A DNA stretch of 64,000 nt from a candidate division WWE3 bacterium RAAC2_WWE3_1 (GTDB taxonomy: Bacteria > Patescibacteriota > WWE3 > UBA101185 > UBA10185): NCBI GenBank assembly GCA_000503835.1, contig CP006914.1, positions 45,790 through 109,789 on the forward strand, given 5' to 3'. Below the pieces are notes generated by a model. That model searched no databases. It saw only the letters and a program-made list of their open reading frames with translations, and was not told where the DNA came from. Positions 30,932 to 40,030 of this stretch are shown in pieces. The number at the start of each line of letters is the position of its first letter. The first letter of the stretch is position 1. The position numbers and the translations under genes are program-made.

Positions 30932-31198
30932 ATGTTTGATAAATTAAAGGATATAAATAAGTTAAGAAAAGCCCAATCAGGTATTAAAAAACAATTGGAA
31001 AATATTTTTGTAACTTCGGAAAAAGGAAAGTTAAGAATAGTTATCAGGGGCGACAAAAGGATTGAAAAACTTGAGATAGATGGTGAGGACGACAAAATTT
31101 TGAGGGAGTTATTAAACGACGCTTTTAAGGATGTTGACAAAAAGGTTGAGAAACAAATGAGGGGGCAGTTGCAGGATCTGGGACTTCCCGGTCTTTAA
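30932..31198 (+). CDS. ybaB: YbaB/EbfC-family nucleoid-associated protein
   Basis: 88 aa; IVIRGDKRIEKLEIDGE...LLNDAFKDVDKKVEKQMRGQLQDLGLPGL resembles the YbaB C-terminal ...GMQLPPGF. GGAGG SD. Confidence 0.6.
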   Translation: MFDKLKDINKLRKAQSGIKKQLENIFVTSEKGKLRIVIRGDKRIEKLEIDGEDDKILRELLNDAFKDVDKKVEKQMRGQLQDLGLPGL

Positions 31199-31206
31199 AG
31201 CGCTAT

Positions 31207-31821
31207 ATGAAGATTCTATTAATGGGACCCGCCGGCTCAGGAAAAGGCACACAGGGGGAAATGCTTCACAAGCGTCTCGGTTTGCCTTTGATATCGGTGG
31301 GACAGACTTTGCGGGATCTTTCACCCGGGCACCCGTGGTATAACGAAATTAATGAGACCATATCGAACGGCAACCTCGCACCCCACGACAAAGTCGCTGA
31401 AATCTTAAAAGAAAAAACTACGGCTCCGGGTTTTGAAAAAGGTTATATTATGGACGGCTGGGGAAGAACTACTGTAGATCTGGAATATTTTGACCCCGGC
31501 TACGATAAGGTCTTTTTTATAAACATACCCCGTGAGATTTCTTTAATAAGGCTTTCCACCAGAAGAACATGTGAAACGTGCGGTGCCGTTTATAACGTGG
31601 TGTCTAATCCTTCGAAAGTAGAAGGCGTTTGCGATAAGTGCGGGGGCGCGCTCAGGCAAAGAGACGATGACAAAGAAGAAGCGATTTTAAAAAGACTCGA
31701 AATATTTACCAACGAAACAAGCGAGCAGATACAGAAATTCCGTTCCGAAGGAGTTCTGGTTGAAATTGACGGTTCGGGGACTCCCGAAGAAGTCTTTGAG
31801 GAAGTAAAAAAGCACTTATAG
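31207..31821 (+). CDS. adk: Adenylate kinase (zinc-lid type)
   Basis: MKILLMGPAGSGKGTQGEML; C-x2-C...C-x2-C lid. Confidence 0.93.
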   Translation: MKILLMGPAGSGKGTQGEMLHKRLGLPLISVGQTLRDLSPGHPWYNEINETISNGNLAPHDKVAEILKEKTTAPGFEKGYIMDGWGRTTVDLEYFDPGYDKVFFINIPREISLIRLSTRRTCETCGAVYNVVSNPSKVEGVCDKCGGALRQRDDDKEEAILKRLEIFTNETSEQIQKFRSEGVLVEIDGSGTPEEVFEEVKKHL

Positions 31822-31885
31822 GGTGTTCATCGTGTCAGATTCCCTTTTCTAGTCCTTTCCCTGTCTTTGAGATATAATTTCTTTG

Positions 31886-32878
31886 ATGTCCGTACTTACA
31901 GGCAGAAAGAAATCGAATATTGTAAAAGATTGGCGTCAGCGACCTAAATCTATCGAAAAGTTCCAGTTCGTGCACCACTTTTTACCCCATCCCGAGGATA
32001 AGAAGCGCGCAACTTTGCTTTCCAACAAGGCCATAATTGTATATTGTGCCGCGATGTTGCTCATAGCCGGCATATTCAGATTCTTGCCCAAAGTAGTGCC
32101 GGGAGTTCTCGGGTATGCTTCGGATATTTCGGTAAAAGATCTTCTGACCTACACAAATATGAAAAGAAAAGAAGCGGGGTTTTCCGAACTGCGTCTAAAC
32201 TCCTCGCTTACCTCTGCCGCGTATCAAAAAGCTGAGGACATGTTCAAAGATCAATATTGGGCACACATCTCTCCCGCCGGTACCGAACCCTGGGATTTTA
32301 TTTTGGGACAGAACTACGATTACATCTACGCCGGAGAGAATCTTGCCAAAAATTTTAAAAATTCAAAAGATGTGGTAGAAGCTTGGATGAAGTCCTCTTC
32401 TCACAGAGAGAACCTTTTGAGCCCGAACTATGATGAAATAGGCTTTGCCGTCGTCAACGGTGTCATGGAAGGATATGAAACGACTTTGGTCGTGCAATTC
32501 TTCGGCAGACCAAGGAACGCCGCCCAGGTGGCCTCCGTTTATGAAGAACAGACAGTCCTGGAAAAAGAATCTGCAAGAACTGCGGCAGTATCCGAGAGGG
32601 AGGGGGAACCCGCGACCGAAGGCACCTCGGAGTCTGTACAAAAATCGGTATACACGCAGGCACCTTCTGAGGAACCCGTCATTGACCTGACTACCGCGAC
32701 CAAGACGGTCAGTGCAGTTTTCGGCGGATTTGTCGGTACACTTTTGGCATTAGATGTTTGGTACTCAAGACGAAAGGGATTGCATAAATTTACGGGTCAC
32801 ACTGTTGCCCATCTGGGTATTCTCATTCTCGTGGTCGCCAGTATATGGTTCGTTTTAACACCGGGAATTGTTCTATGA
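31886..32878 (+). CDS. CAP/SCP/PR1-like domain protein with N- and C-terminal TM segments
   Basis: ...AAYQKAEDMFKDQYWAHISP...GENLAKNF...AWMKSSSHRENLLSPNYDEIGFAVV matches the CAP-domain signature. The track start is TTG 31883; ATG is 31886. TATAAT at 31873-31878 may indicate a leaderless transcript. Confidence 0.65.
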   Translation: MSVLTGRKKSNIVKDWRQRPKSIEKFQFVHHFLPHPEDKKRATLLSNKAIIVYCAAMLLIAGIFRFLPKVVPGVLGYASDISVKDLLTYTNMKRKEAGFSELRLNSSLTSAAYQKAEDMFKDQYWAHISPAGTEPWDFILGQNYDYIYAGENLAKNFKNSKDVVEAWMKSSSHRENLLSPNYDEIGFAVVNGVMEGYETTLVVQFFGRPRNAAQVASVYEEQTVLEKESARTAAVSEREGEPATEGTSESVQKSVYTQAPSEEPVIDLTTATKTVSAVFGGFVGTLLALDVWYSRRKGLHKFTGHTVAHLGILILVVASIWFVLTPGIVL

Positions 32879-33135
32879 AAGAAAAAAGCGGTACACACGT
32901 TGTTGAATATTCCGTTCTGCTGATCCTCACATTCATAATAGGTTTGTTGTTCTATTATTTCAGATACAATCACGGAGTTCTGATATTTTTGTCTGGGGTC
33001 TTATCTTTCGCATACATCCTTTGGGGTTTGGTACACCATTATTTTGAAGGCAGGTTGACAAGATTTATTGCCGCCGAGTACATTGTGTTCGGCGTACTCA
33101 TTTTTCTCCTGCTGTATACTGTCCTGAATTTCTAA
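32875..33135 (+). CDS. Small hydrophobic protein (2-3 TM), hypothetical
   Basis: ATGA overlap with the upstream stop; hydrophobic composition. Confidence 0.4.
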   Translation: MKEKSGTHVVEYSVLLILTFIIGLLFYYFRYNHGVLIFLSGVLSFAYILWGLVHHYFEGRLTRFIAAEYIVFGVLIFLLLYTVLNF

Positions 33136-33137
33136 AT

Positions 33138-34259
33138 ATGAAAATAGTTATCGTAATACCTACTTATAACGAAGCAGACAATATCGGAAGGCTTGTTGAT
33201 ATTCTTCAGCAGGAGTTTCTTAAAAGGCCCGGGCATGATTTTCACACTCTCGTCGTCGAGGGAAATTCTCCCGACGGTACGGCAAATGTAGTGCGTGATA
33301 AAATGAAGACCCATGAAAACGTCCACTTGTTAATGGAGAAAGAAAAAGCAGGTTTGGGAGCCGCCTACGTTTACGGATTCAAGGAAGCGATGTATGAGAT
33401 GAAAGCTGATGTGATTGTCGAAATGGACGCTGATTTTCAGCACGATCCCAAAGACGTCGTCAGACTCGTAGACGAAATAGATAAAGGTTACGACTACGTT
33501 ATAGGTTCAAGGTTTGCAAAAGGCGGGAGTATCCCTGAAGAGTGGGCGTTCAAGCGTAAATTTTTTAGTGTGGGCGGCAACATTTTCTCAAAGATCGTTC
33601 TGGGCATTTTTAACGTAAATGATTTCACGTCAGGTTTTAAAGCATCCAGGGTCAAAGGATTTGTAGACCGTTTGCCGTTGGACACAATTCTGTCCCGGGG
33701 ATTTGCATATAAGATTGACCTTTTATTTAAGATGCACAGACTTGGGGCGAAAATAAAAGAGGTTCCCATAAAGTTCGGTCTGCGTGACCGCGGCAATTCC
33801 AAAATGGAGAATAACAATATGACAGACTCTCTGAGAGTTGTTGTGACCCTTAGATATAACGAAAATAAAAATTTCGTAAAATTTCTTGCGGTGGGAGGAA
33901 TAGGGTTTATAGTTGACGCCGGTCTTTTCAATATATTAAGGATTGGTACCCTGAGTTCCCGTAACTCCGCGCTGGCCTCCGGCTTTACTGCCATGATGGT
34001 GACATTTATTTTAAATAACTACTGGTCGTTCGGAGAAAGGAAGATTGACGGAACGAAAAAGAAAGTGGTGGGATTTATCGTTTATATTATTTTTTCCTCT
34101 ATACCCATAGCAGTACGTTCAAGACTTGTAGGATTTTCCGTTAGTATGTTCGGGGATACAGCTCTTGTTTCAAATACAGCTTTCCTAATTGGTATAATAC
34201 TTGGGTTGATATGGAATTTTACAGTTTATAGTAAAATAATTTGGAAGGGCAAAAAATGA
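33138..34259 (+). CDS. GT2 polyprenol-phosphate glycosyltransferase (DPM1/GtrB-like) fused to a C-terminal GtrA-like membrane domain
   Basis: IVIPTYNEADNI...VEGNSPDGT...MDADFQHDP (GT2 DxD), and the C-terminal FVKFLAVGGIGFIVDAGLFNIL (GtrA). Confidence 0.8.
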   Translation: MKIVIVIPTYNEADNIGRLVDILQQEFLKRPGHDFHTLVVEGNSPDGTANVVRDKMKTHENVHLLMEKEKAGLGAAYVYGFKEAMYEMKADVIVEMDADFQHDPKDVVRLVDEIDKGYDYVIGSRFAKGGSIPEEWAFKRKFFSVGGNIFSKIVLGIFNVNDFTSGFKASRVKGFVDRLPLDTILSRGFAYKIDLLFKMHRLGAKIKEVPIKFGLRDRGNSKMENNNMTDSLRVVVTLRYNENKNFVKFLAVGGIGFIVDAGLFNILRIGTLSSRNSALASGFTAMMVTFILNNYWSFGERKIDGTKKKVVGFIVYIIFSSIPIAVRSRLVGFSVSMFGDTALVSNTAFLIGIILGLIWNFTVYSKIIWKGKK

Positions 34260-35014
34260 ATTACTCAATAGTTATACCCGCATATAACGAGGCGGACAAA
34301 ATATCTTCCTCATTAACACAAGCTGTGAATTTTATGAAAATTTTTACGGACACTTTTGAAATTATTGTGGTCGATGATGGAAGCAAGGATGCCACGGCGG
34401 CTATAGTGGAGGAATACTCGGTAGAAAATCCTGAGGTTAGGGTGATAAGAAATTCCCATAAAGGAAAAGGTTTCGCAGTGTTGACCGGAATGAACGCCGC
34501 AGTAGGAGATCTTATATATATGGCAGACGCCGATCTTTCAGCTCCCATGTCAGAATTAAAAAAACTTGCAATTTGGGTTATCGATCAGAACTTTGACATT
34601 GCTATCGCTTCAAGGGAAGGGATAGGCGCCGAGAGAGTCGGCGAACCTTTTTATAGACACATGATGGGAAGAGTATTTAATCTCATGATACAAATTATTG
34701 CACTGCCCGGAATACGGGATAGCCAATGCGGATTCAAACTTTTCAGGGGTTCGGTTGCGAAAGATATTTTCAAAAGAATGAGGATTTACGGCAAAAACAT
34801 GAAAGAGTTGGACAAACCGTATACAGGGGCTTGGGATGTTGAGGTTTTGTACTTAGCCAAGAAGTTAGGGTATAATGTCAAACAGGTTCCGATCGTATGG
34901 ACGCACGTTAAAACCACACGGGTTAGCGCGGTGCGCGATTCCGTTAAAATGGCGTTCGACGTTCTGAAGATAAGGCTGAACGATCTTATGGGCCTTTACA
35001 ATACTGCCAAGTAA
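34256..35014 (+). CDS. GT2 glycosyltransferase (dolichyl/polyprenyl-phosphate beta-glucosyltransferase-like)
   Basis: MNYSIVIPAYNEADKI...VVDDGSKDAT...MADADLSAP; ATGA overlap with the upstream gene. Confidence 0.78.
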   Translation: MNYSIVIPAYNEADKISSSLTQAVNFMKIFTDTFEIIVVDDGSKDATAAIVEEYSVENPEVRVIRNSHKGKGFAVLTGMNAAVGDLIYMADADLSAPMSELKKLAIWVIDQNFDIAIASREGIGAERVGEPFYRHMMGRVFNLMIQIIALPGIRDSQCGFKLFRGSVAKDIFKRMRIYGKNMKELDKPYTGAWDVEVLYLAKKLGYNVKQVPIVWTHVKTTRVSAVRDSVKMAFDVLKIRLNDLMGLYNTAK

Positions 35015-35068
35015 GCACCTCATAAAAGTCATTAAGTATATATTTCGGGGTGTAAATTTTATAAAACT

Positions 35069-36454
35069 ATGAAACTATGCGTAATAGGGACAGGTTATGT
35101 AGGTTTGGTAGGTGCCGCTATTTTTTCCGACTGGGGTAACGATGTGGTCGGTGTCGACATAGATACCGAAAAGATAGAAAGAATAAAAAAAGGCGAAATG
35201 CCTATTTATGAACCCGGGCTTTCGGAAATTGTTTTAAGAAATATTTCACAGAACAGACTCACGTTCACAACCTCGATTGCCGACGGAATAAAGGACGCCG
35301 AAGTTGTTTTTATATGCGTGGGAACCCCTCAAAGCGACACAGGAGCCGCAGATTTATCGGCGGTGTGGGAAGTCGCCAAAGATATCGGAAGGAACATGAA
35401 CGGCTACAAAGTTATCGTTACAAAAAGTACGGTACCGGTGGGAACTAACGAAAAAATAAAAATGATCATCAGAGAAAATCTTCCCGGTCCGCAGATCGAG
35501 TTTGATGTGGCGTCAAATCCCGAGTTTTTGAGAGAAGGTTCATCGGTTGAAGATATGGCCGCTCCGGACAGAACTGTTGTGGGCGCCGAATCCGAAAAAG
35601 CGCACTCGGTAATGAGAAGACTTTATGAGCACCTGAACACCCCTATCGTAGAATGCGATCTTAGATCGGCTGAGATGATTAAATATGCCTCGAACGGATT
35701 TTTGGCTGCTAAAATCTCATTCATAAATGAGATAGCCCAGATCTGCGAAAGAGCGGGAGCTGACGTTACCGTTGTAGCAAGAGGCATGGGTCTGGATAAA
35801 AGAGTCGGTGCAGCTTTTTTGAACGCAGGTATCGGCTATGGAGGAAGCTGTTTTCCTAAGGATGTTGCGGCTTTGTACAAAACTTCGACCGATCAGGACT
35901 ACGACTTCAAGCTTTTGAGAAGTGTTATGGAAGTCAACATAGCCCAAAGAGAGAACTTCATGAACAAGGTCCTCAGACATTTCGGTAAGAATCTTTCGGG
36001 AAGAACCTTCGCCATACTCGGTTTGGCTTTTAAGGGAAACACTGACGATATAAGAGACTCAGTTTCAATCGAGCTGTGCAAAAAATTAAGAGGACTGGGT
36101 GCCAAACTTAGAGTTTACGATCCCGAAGCAATGTACAACGCCAAGCAGGCGTTGGGTGCCGTAAATGTAGACTACTGTCTGGATAAATACGAGACCGTGC
36201 AGGGTGCTGACGCTTTATTCGTGCTCACCGAGTGGAAAGAATTTGCTACAATCGAGCTCGATAAGGTTAAAACCTTGTTAAAATCACCTGTAATATTTGA
36301 CGGAAGAAATCTATTGGATCGTGCAAAGGTTGAGGGAATGGGCTTCACCTATTTTGCCGTTGGTAAAAGAACTAACGGTATGGTTAAAATAGATACAAGG
36401 AATCTGTACCAGACAGTATTACTTAACACCAATGGTTCAACCGGGCAGCACTAA
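35069..36454 (+). CDS. ugd: UDP-glucose 6-dehydrogenase family (nucleotide-sugar dehydrogenase)
   Basis: MKLCVIGTGYVGLVGA (Rossmann), ...GGSCFPKD (catalytic Cys), 461 aa. Confidence 0.85.
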   Translation: MKLCVIGTGYVGLVGAAIFSDWGNDVVGVDIDTEKIERIKKGEMPIYEPGLSEIVLRNISQNRLTFTTSIADGIKDAEVVFICVGTPQSDTGAADLSAVWEVAKDIGRNMNGYKVIVTKSTVPVGTNEKIKMIIRENLPGPQIEFDVASNPEFLREGSSVEDMAAPDRTVVGAESEKAHSVMRRLYEHLNTPIVECDLRSAEMIKYASNGFLAAKISFINEIAQICERAGADVTVVARGMGLDKRVGAAFLNAGIGYGGSCFPKDVAALYKTSTDQDYDFKLLRSVMEVNIAQRENFMNKVLRHFGKNLSGRTFAILGLAFKGNTDDIRDSVSIELCKKLRGLGAKLRVYDPEAMYNAKQALGAVNVDYCLDKYETVQGADALFVLTEWKEFATIELDKVKTLLKSPVIFDGRNLLDRAKVEGMGFTYFAVGKRTNGMVKIDTRNLYQTVLLNTNGSTGQH

Positions 36455-37649
36455 AAAGAAAGTCGTAATCTTCGTACCGGAATTTCCGGTGCTGACGGAG
36501 ACTTTCATTGAACGTGAGCTCGCTAAAATAGCCGAAAGAGGAAATCTGGATGTTTCCATCTTATCTCTACGAAAAGGTTCCGGTGAAGTAAGCCCGGTGT
36601 TAGAGCCCCTCATAAGATATAAAAGACTTTCTGTTCCGAACGCCATTCTGTCCTTTAGATTTTTTTTCATAGCAGGTAAAAATATTTCCCGGGCTTTGGG
36701 TATTTTGAGTTCGTGCGGTATGCCCGCGGTTCATCGTTATTACACTTTGTTAAAAGGCATGGGTTACGCTCAGATTTTTTCTTCCTCCAAACCCGATCTT
36801 ATACTTGCTCACTTTATGTCGGAGTCCAGCACTATTGCAATGGTGGCGGCGGTAGTGCTCGGCGTCCCTTACGCGGTGTCTGCTCATGCAAAGGATGTGA
36901 CTGTCAGGCCTCATTGTATGAAAGCAAAGATTGAAAATGCGGCTTTTGTTTTGATATGCAATAAACACGCTTACGAAAGTTGTGTTAGGTCAACTGACCG
37001 GGATCACGCCCTCAAAATTTTATTAAGATATCATGGCCTTGATATTTCCGGGTTTCCGAGAGCAGGAAGTAAAAGCGGTGTTCCGGTAATACTAAATATC
37101 GGACGTCTCGAAGAGAAAAAAGGGCAAAAGTACCTATTGGAAGCGGCAAAAATCCTCCGTGACGAGGGTATAAAGTTTAAATTGATCATCGTCGGTCCCG
37201 GAAGTTTGTACGGGAAACTTAACGAACTGACCGGAGCTTTAGGACTCTCGGATGAGGTTGAGATCTTAGGAGGAGGCACGGGTCTGCCCTTTTCGGAAAC
37301 ACAAAAATATTATTCCCGCAGTGACGTTTTTGTATTTCCGGGTATTAACACGGATGAAGGAGACGCCGACGGTATTGCGAATGTTTTGCTCGAAGCTGCC
37401 GCTTCGCACTTACCTATTGTGGCTACAGACTCGGGAAGCACAAAAGAGTTTCTGGAAAATGATGTCAGCGGGGTCATTGTTCCGCAAAAAAACCCGGCGG
37501 CTTTAGCTGACGGCCTGAAACGTATTTTAAACGACAAAGAACTAGCAGACAGACTTGCGGAGGAAGCATATCGAAAAGTATCTTCGGAATTTGATATCGA
37601 AAACAATGCCGCAGAATTGGAAAATCTTATCATAAAGGAGTCTCTCTAA
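36432..37649 (+). CDS. GT4-family glycosyltransferase
   Basis: C-terminal GT-B block: EAAASHLPIVATDSGSTKEFLENDVSGVIV. Confidence 0.75.
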   Translation: MVQPGSTKKKVVIFVPEFPVLTETFIERELAKIAERGNLDVSILSLRKGSGEVSPVLEPLIRYKRLSVPNAILSFRFFFIAGKNISRALGILSSCGMPAVHRYYTLLKGMGYAQIFSSSKPDLILAHFMSESSTIAMVAAVVLGVPYAVSAHAKDVTVRPHCMKAKIENAAFVLICNKHAYESCVRSTDRDHALKILLRYHGLDISGFPRAGSKSGVPVILNIGRLEEKKGQKYLLEAAKILRDEGIKFKLIIVGPGSLYGKLNELTGALGLSDEVEILGGGTGLPFSETQKYYSRSDVFVFPGINTDEGDADGIANVLLEAAASHLPIVATDSGSTKEFLENDVSGVIVPQKNPAALADGLKRILNDKELADRLAEEAYRKVSSEFDIENNAAELENLIIKESL

Positions 37650-38840
37650 ATGAACATTGCCGTATTTATAAAATCCACAACCTTTAGCGGTTCTTATGGA
37701 GGATTGGAAACTCAGAACAAACTTTTATGCGAAGGACTGGTTTCACGCGGCCACAAACTTACTATATTTACTCCCCGGTTTGCACGAGAAAAAGAACAGG
37801 CAATTGAGAACGGAGTTAAGTATATTTTTGTCGAATGCAAGACTGCTCAGTACAGCTCGCTGACTGTCTCAAAAAAGGACAGTTGGGCGGAAAAGTCATG
37901 TGAAGTATTCCGCATGACACACAGCGGGGAAAAATTCGAATTAATAATCGGACAGAGTTCCGGCGCGGCGGGTGTAATTAAAAATAAGGAAGAGTTCGGT
38001 TTACCCATAGTTTCCATTTCTCACGGAACTAAGATGGGAGAATTTCAGACAAAGATTAAAAGTGATTCGTCGGTCAGGGGTTTGATGAAATCTTTTCTTG
38101 ATCTGCCTCACGTTTTGAAGAATTTCTTCACGGTACAAAGAGAATTCGTGCACGGTTCCAACATTGTGGTAGCCGTGTCAAACTCAGTAAAAAAAGCTTT
38201 GGTAGACGAAACTTTTGTTGAAGAAACTAAAGTTAGAGTAATTAACAACGGCATCAAGCCCCTAAATGTGGAGACGGTTGATGGTGGCAGAAACATAGGT
38301 AAATTCCGTTTGCTCTACGTCGGTCAGTTGATCCGCTCAAAAGGCATCGGAAAATTGGCAAAGTTGTTGCTGGCTGACAATATGAAGGATTTTACTTTGG
38401 ATATTGTCGGTTCCGGAGAATTGCAGGAAGAACTGGGGGAAATATCCGGAAAAAGCGAAGGAAGGATTAATTTGAGGGGAAAGCTTGATTATGCCGAAGT
38501 CCTGCGTATGTATAATCCGGCAAGGTTTGACGCTTTTGTCTTTCCTACGTCAAGAATAGAGGGTTTTCCCATGGTTCTGGTCGAGGCCATGTTCGGCCGG
38601 CTTCCTGTGGTGGCCTTCAACCTGGGCGGAGTTTCGGATGCGGTTACCGACGGGGAAACCGGGTACCTTGTAGATCCGGGTAAATTCGACGTTTTTAAGA
38701 ATAAGCTTGTAGAACTGAAGAACGATCCGGAGTCAGCACGAAAGATGGGTGTTAATGCTTTAAATAAGGCAACGGAGAGATTTACGCTTGATAAAATGTT
38801 AGACTCTTATGAGGAAATATTTAAGGAACTAAAAGCATGA
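37650..38840 (+). CDS. GT4-family glycosyltransferase
   Basis: EGFPMVLVEAMFGRLPVVAFNLGGVSDAVTDGETGYLV. Confidence 0.78.
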   Translation: MNIAVFIKSTTFSGSYGGLETQNKLLCEGLVSRGHKLTIFTPRFAREKEQAIENGVKYIFVECKTAQYSSLTVSKKDSWAEKSCEVFRMTHSGEKFELIIGQSSGAAGVIKNKEEFGLPIVSISHGTKMGEFQTKIKSDSSVRGLMKSFLDLPHVLKNFFTVQREFVHGSNIVVAVSNSVKKALVDETFVEETKVRVINNGIKPLNVETVDGGRNIGKFRLLYVGQLIRSKGIGKLAKLLLADNMKDFTLDIVGSGELQEELGEISGKSEGRINLRGKLDYAEVLRMYNPARFDAFVFPTSRIEGFPMVLVEAMFGRLPVVAFNLGGVSDAVTDGETGYLVDPGKFDVFKNKLVELKNDPESARKMGVNALNKATERFTLDKMLDSYEEIFKELKA

Positions 38841-40030
38841 ACATTTTAAGAATAGTTTATGACTGGCCAAATCCTTGGCAAGGGCTGGCTCCCCATCCTT
38901 ACGAAATTACGGCGGCACAGTTGAAACAGGGGCATAAAGTTACTTTGTTCTGCGGGCAGTGGCCAAATTCGGGCGGCCCTGTTAAGATCGACGGGCTTGA
39001 GATTAATGCGATAGACCGTGAGCCTTATCCCGACACAATTTTTTTTACCAGCAGTGTAGTTCTATTTTTTCGTTATTTAAAATACAGAAAAAAGAACAAA
39101 CCTGATGTAATCCACTGTCACGGGCATTTTGCGGTATGGATTTACGCTTACAGGACGTTTTTGAAAGAACATTTTCCCTGGGCTAAAGAACTTAAGATAC
39201 CTTTGGTTGTTCACTTTCACAATACCGCAAAAGGCAGATGGGTTACTTTTGAAAAAGAAGGAAAGTCTATAAAACCCATGTCGAAAATGTTGGGTTGGCC
39301 GATGGCCGTGTTTTCGGATAGGATGGCAGTGAAAGCCGCCTCCGCGTGTGTTTTTGTGAGCGAAGATAATAAAAAGGAAGCTCAGGAATATTACGGAGCG
39401 AACCCGAACAAATGTTTTTTGATCGAAACCGGTGTGAACACCGAGTTGTTCGTGCCTGTCGGTGACGAGGAAAAAGGAAAATCCCGCAGGGAGATAGGTT
39501 TAGACAGGTTCGACAAAGTTATTCTCAACCACGGTGTGCTGAACGAGAGAAAAAATATTCACCTATTGATCGACGCCCTGGCGTTACTCCCCGATGATTA
39601 CAAACTTATGCTTTCAGGTTCAGGCGATCCGGCTTACGTAGAAAAGCTCAATGAGCAGATGAAACTTAAAAAAGTTGAACACAGGGTGATAAGAACGGGC
39701 TATACTCCTTATCCCCATGTTCCGATAGCCTATCAGGTGTCAGATATATTTGTGCTGCCCTCTTCGTGGGAAGGACTGCCAAAGGCAGTTATGCAGGGGT
39801 TGTCCTGCGGGATTCCCTGTCTGGTCTCCGGTTTTAAAATAAATGAAGATATCAGGGGAGTTTTTTATCTTGAAAATATGGAACCTCAGACCATAGCCGA
39901 CAGAATTGTGGAAATAACAAGTGTGCCGAAAGATGTTGATGTTCAGCTTATAAGATCGAAATATTCATGGAATAAGAAAATTGAGGCTATAGATGAAATA
40001 TATGACTTTGCAACCAAAAATTATATTTAA
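38837..40030 (+). CDS. GT4-family glycosyltransferase
   Basis: ...VLPSSWEGLPKAVMQGLSCGIPCLVS... Confidence 0.72.
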   Translation: MNILRIVYDWPNPWQGLAPHPYEITAAQLKQGHKVTLFCGQWPNSGGPVKIDGLEINAIDREPYPDTIFFTSSVVLFFRYLKYRKKNKPDVIHCHGHFAVWIYAYRTFLKEHFPWAKELKIPLVVHFHNTAKGRWVTFEKEGKSIKPMSKMLGWPMAVFSDRMAVKAASACVFVSEDNKKEAQEYYGANPNKCFLIETGVNTELFVPVGDEEKGKSRREIGLDRFDKVILNHGVLNERKNIHLLIDALALLPDDYKLMLSGSGDPAYVEKLNEQMKLKKVEHRVIRTGYTPYPHVPIAYQVSDIFVLPSSWEGLPKAVMQGLSCGIPCLVSGFKINEDIRGVFYLENMEPQTIADRIVEITSVPKDVDVQLIRSKYSWNKKIEAIDEIYDFATKNYI

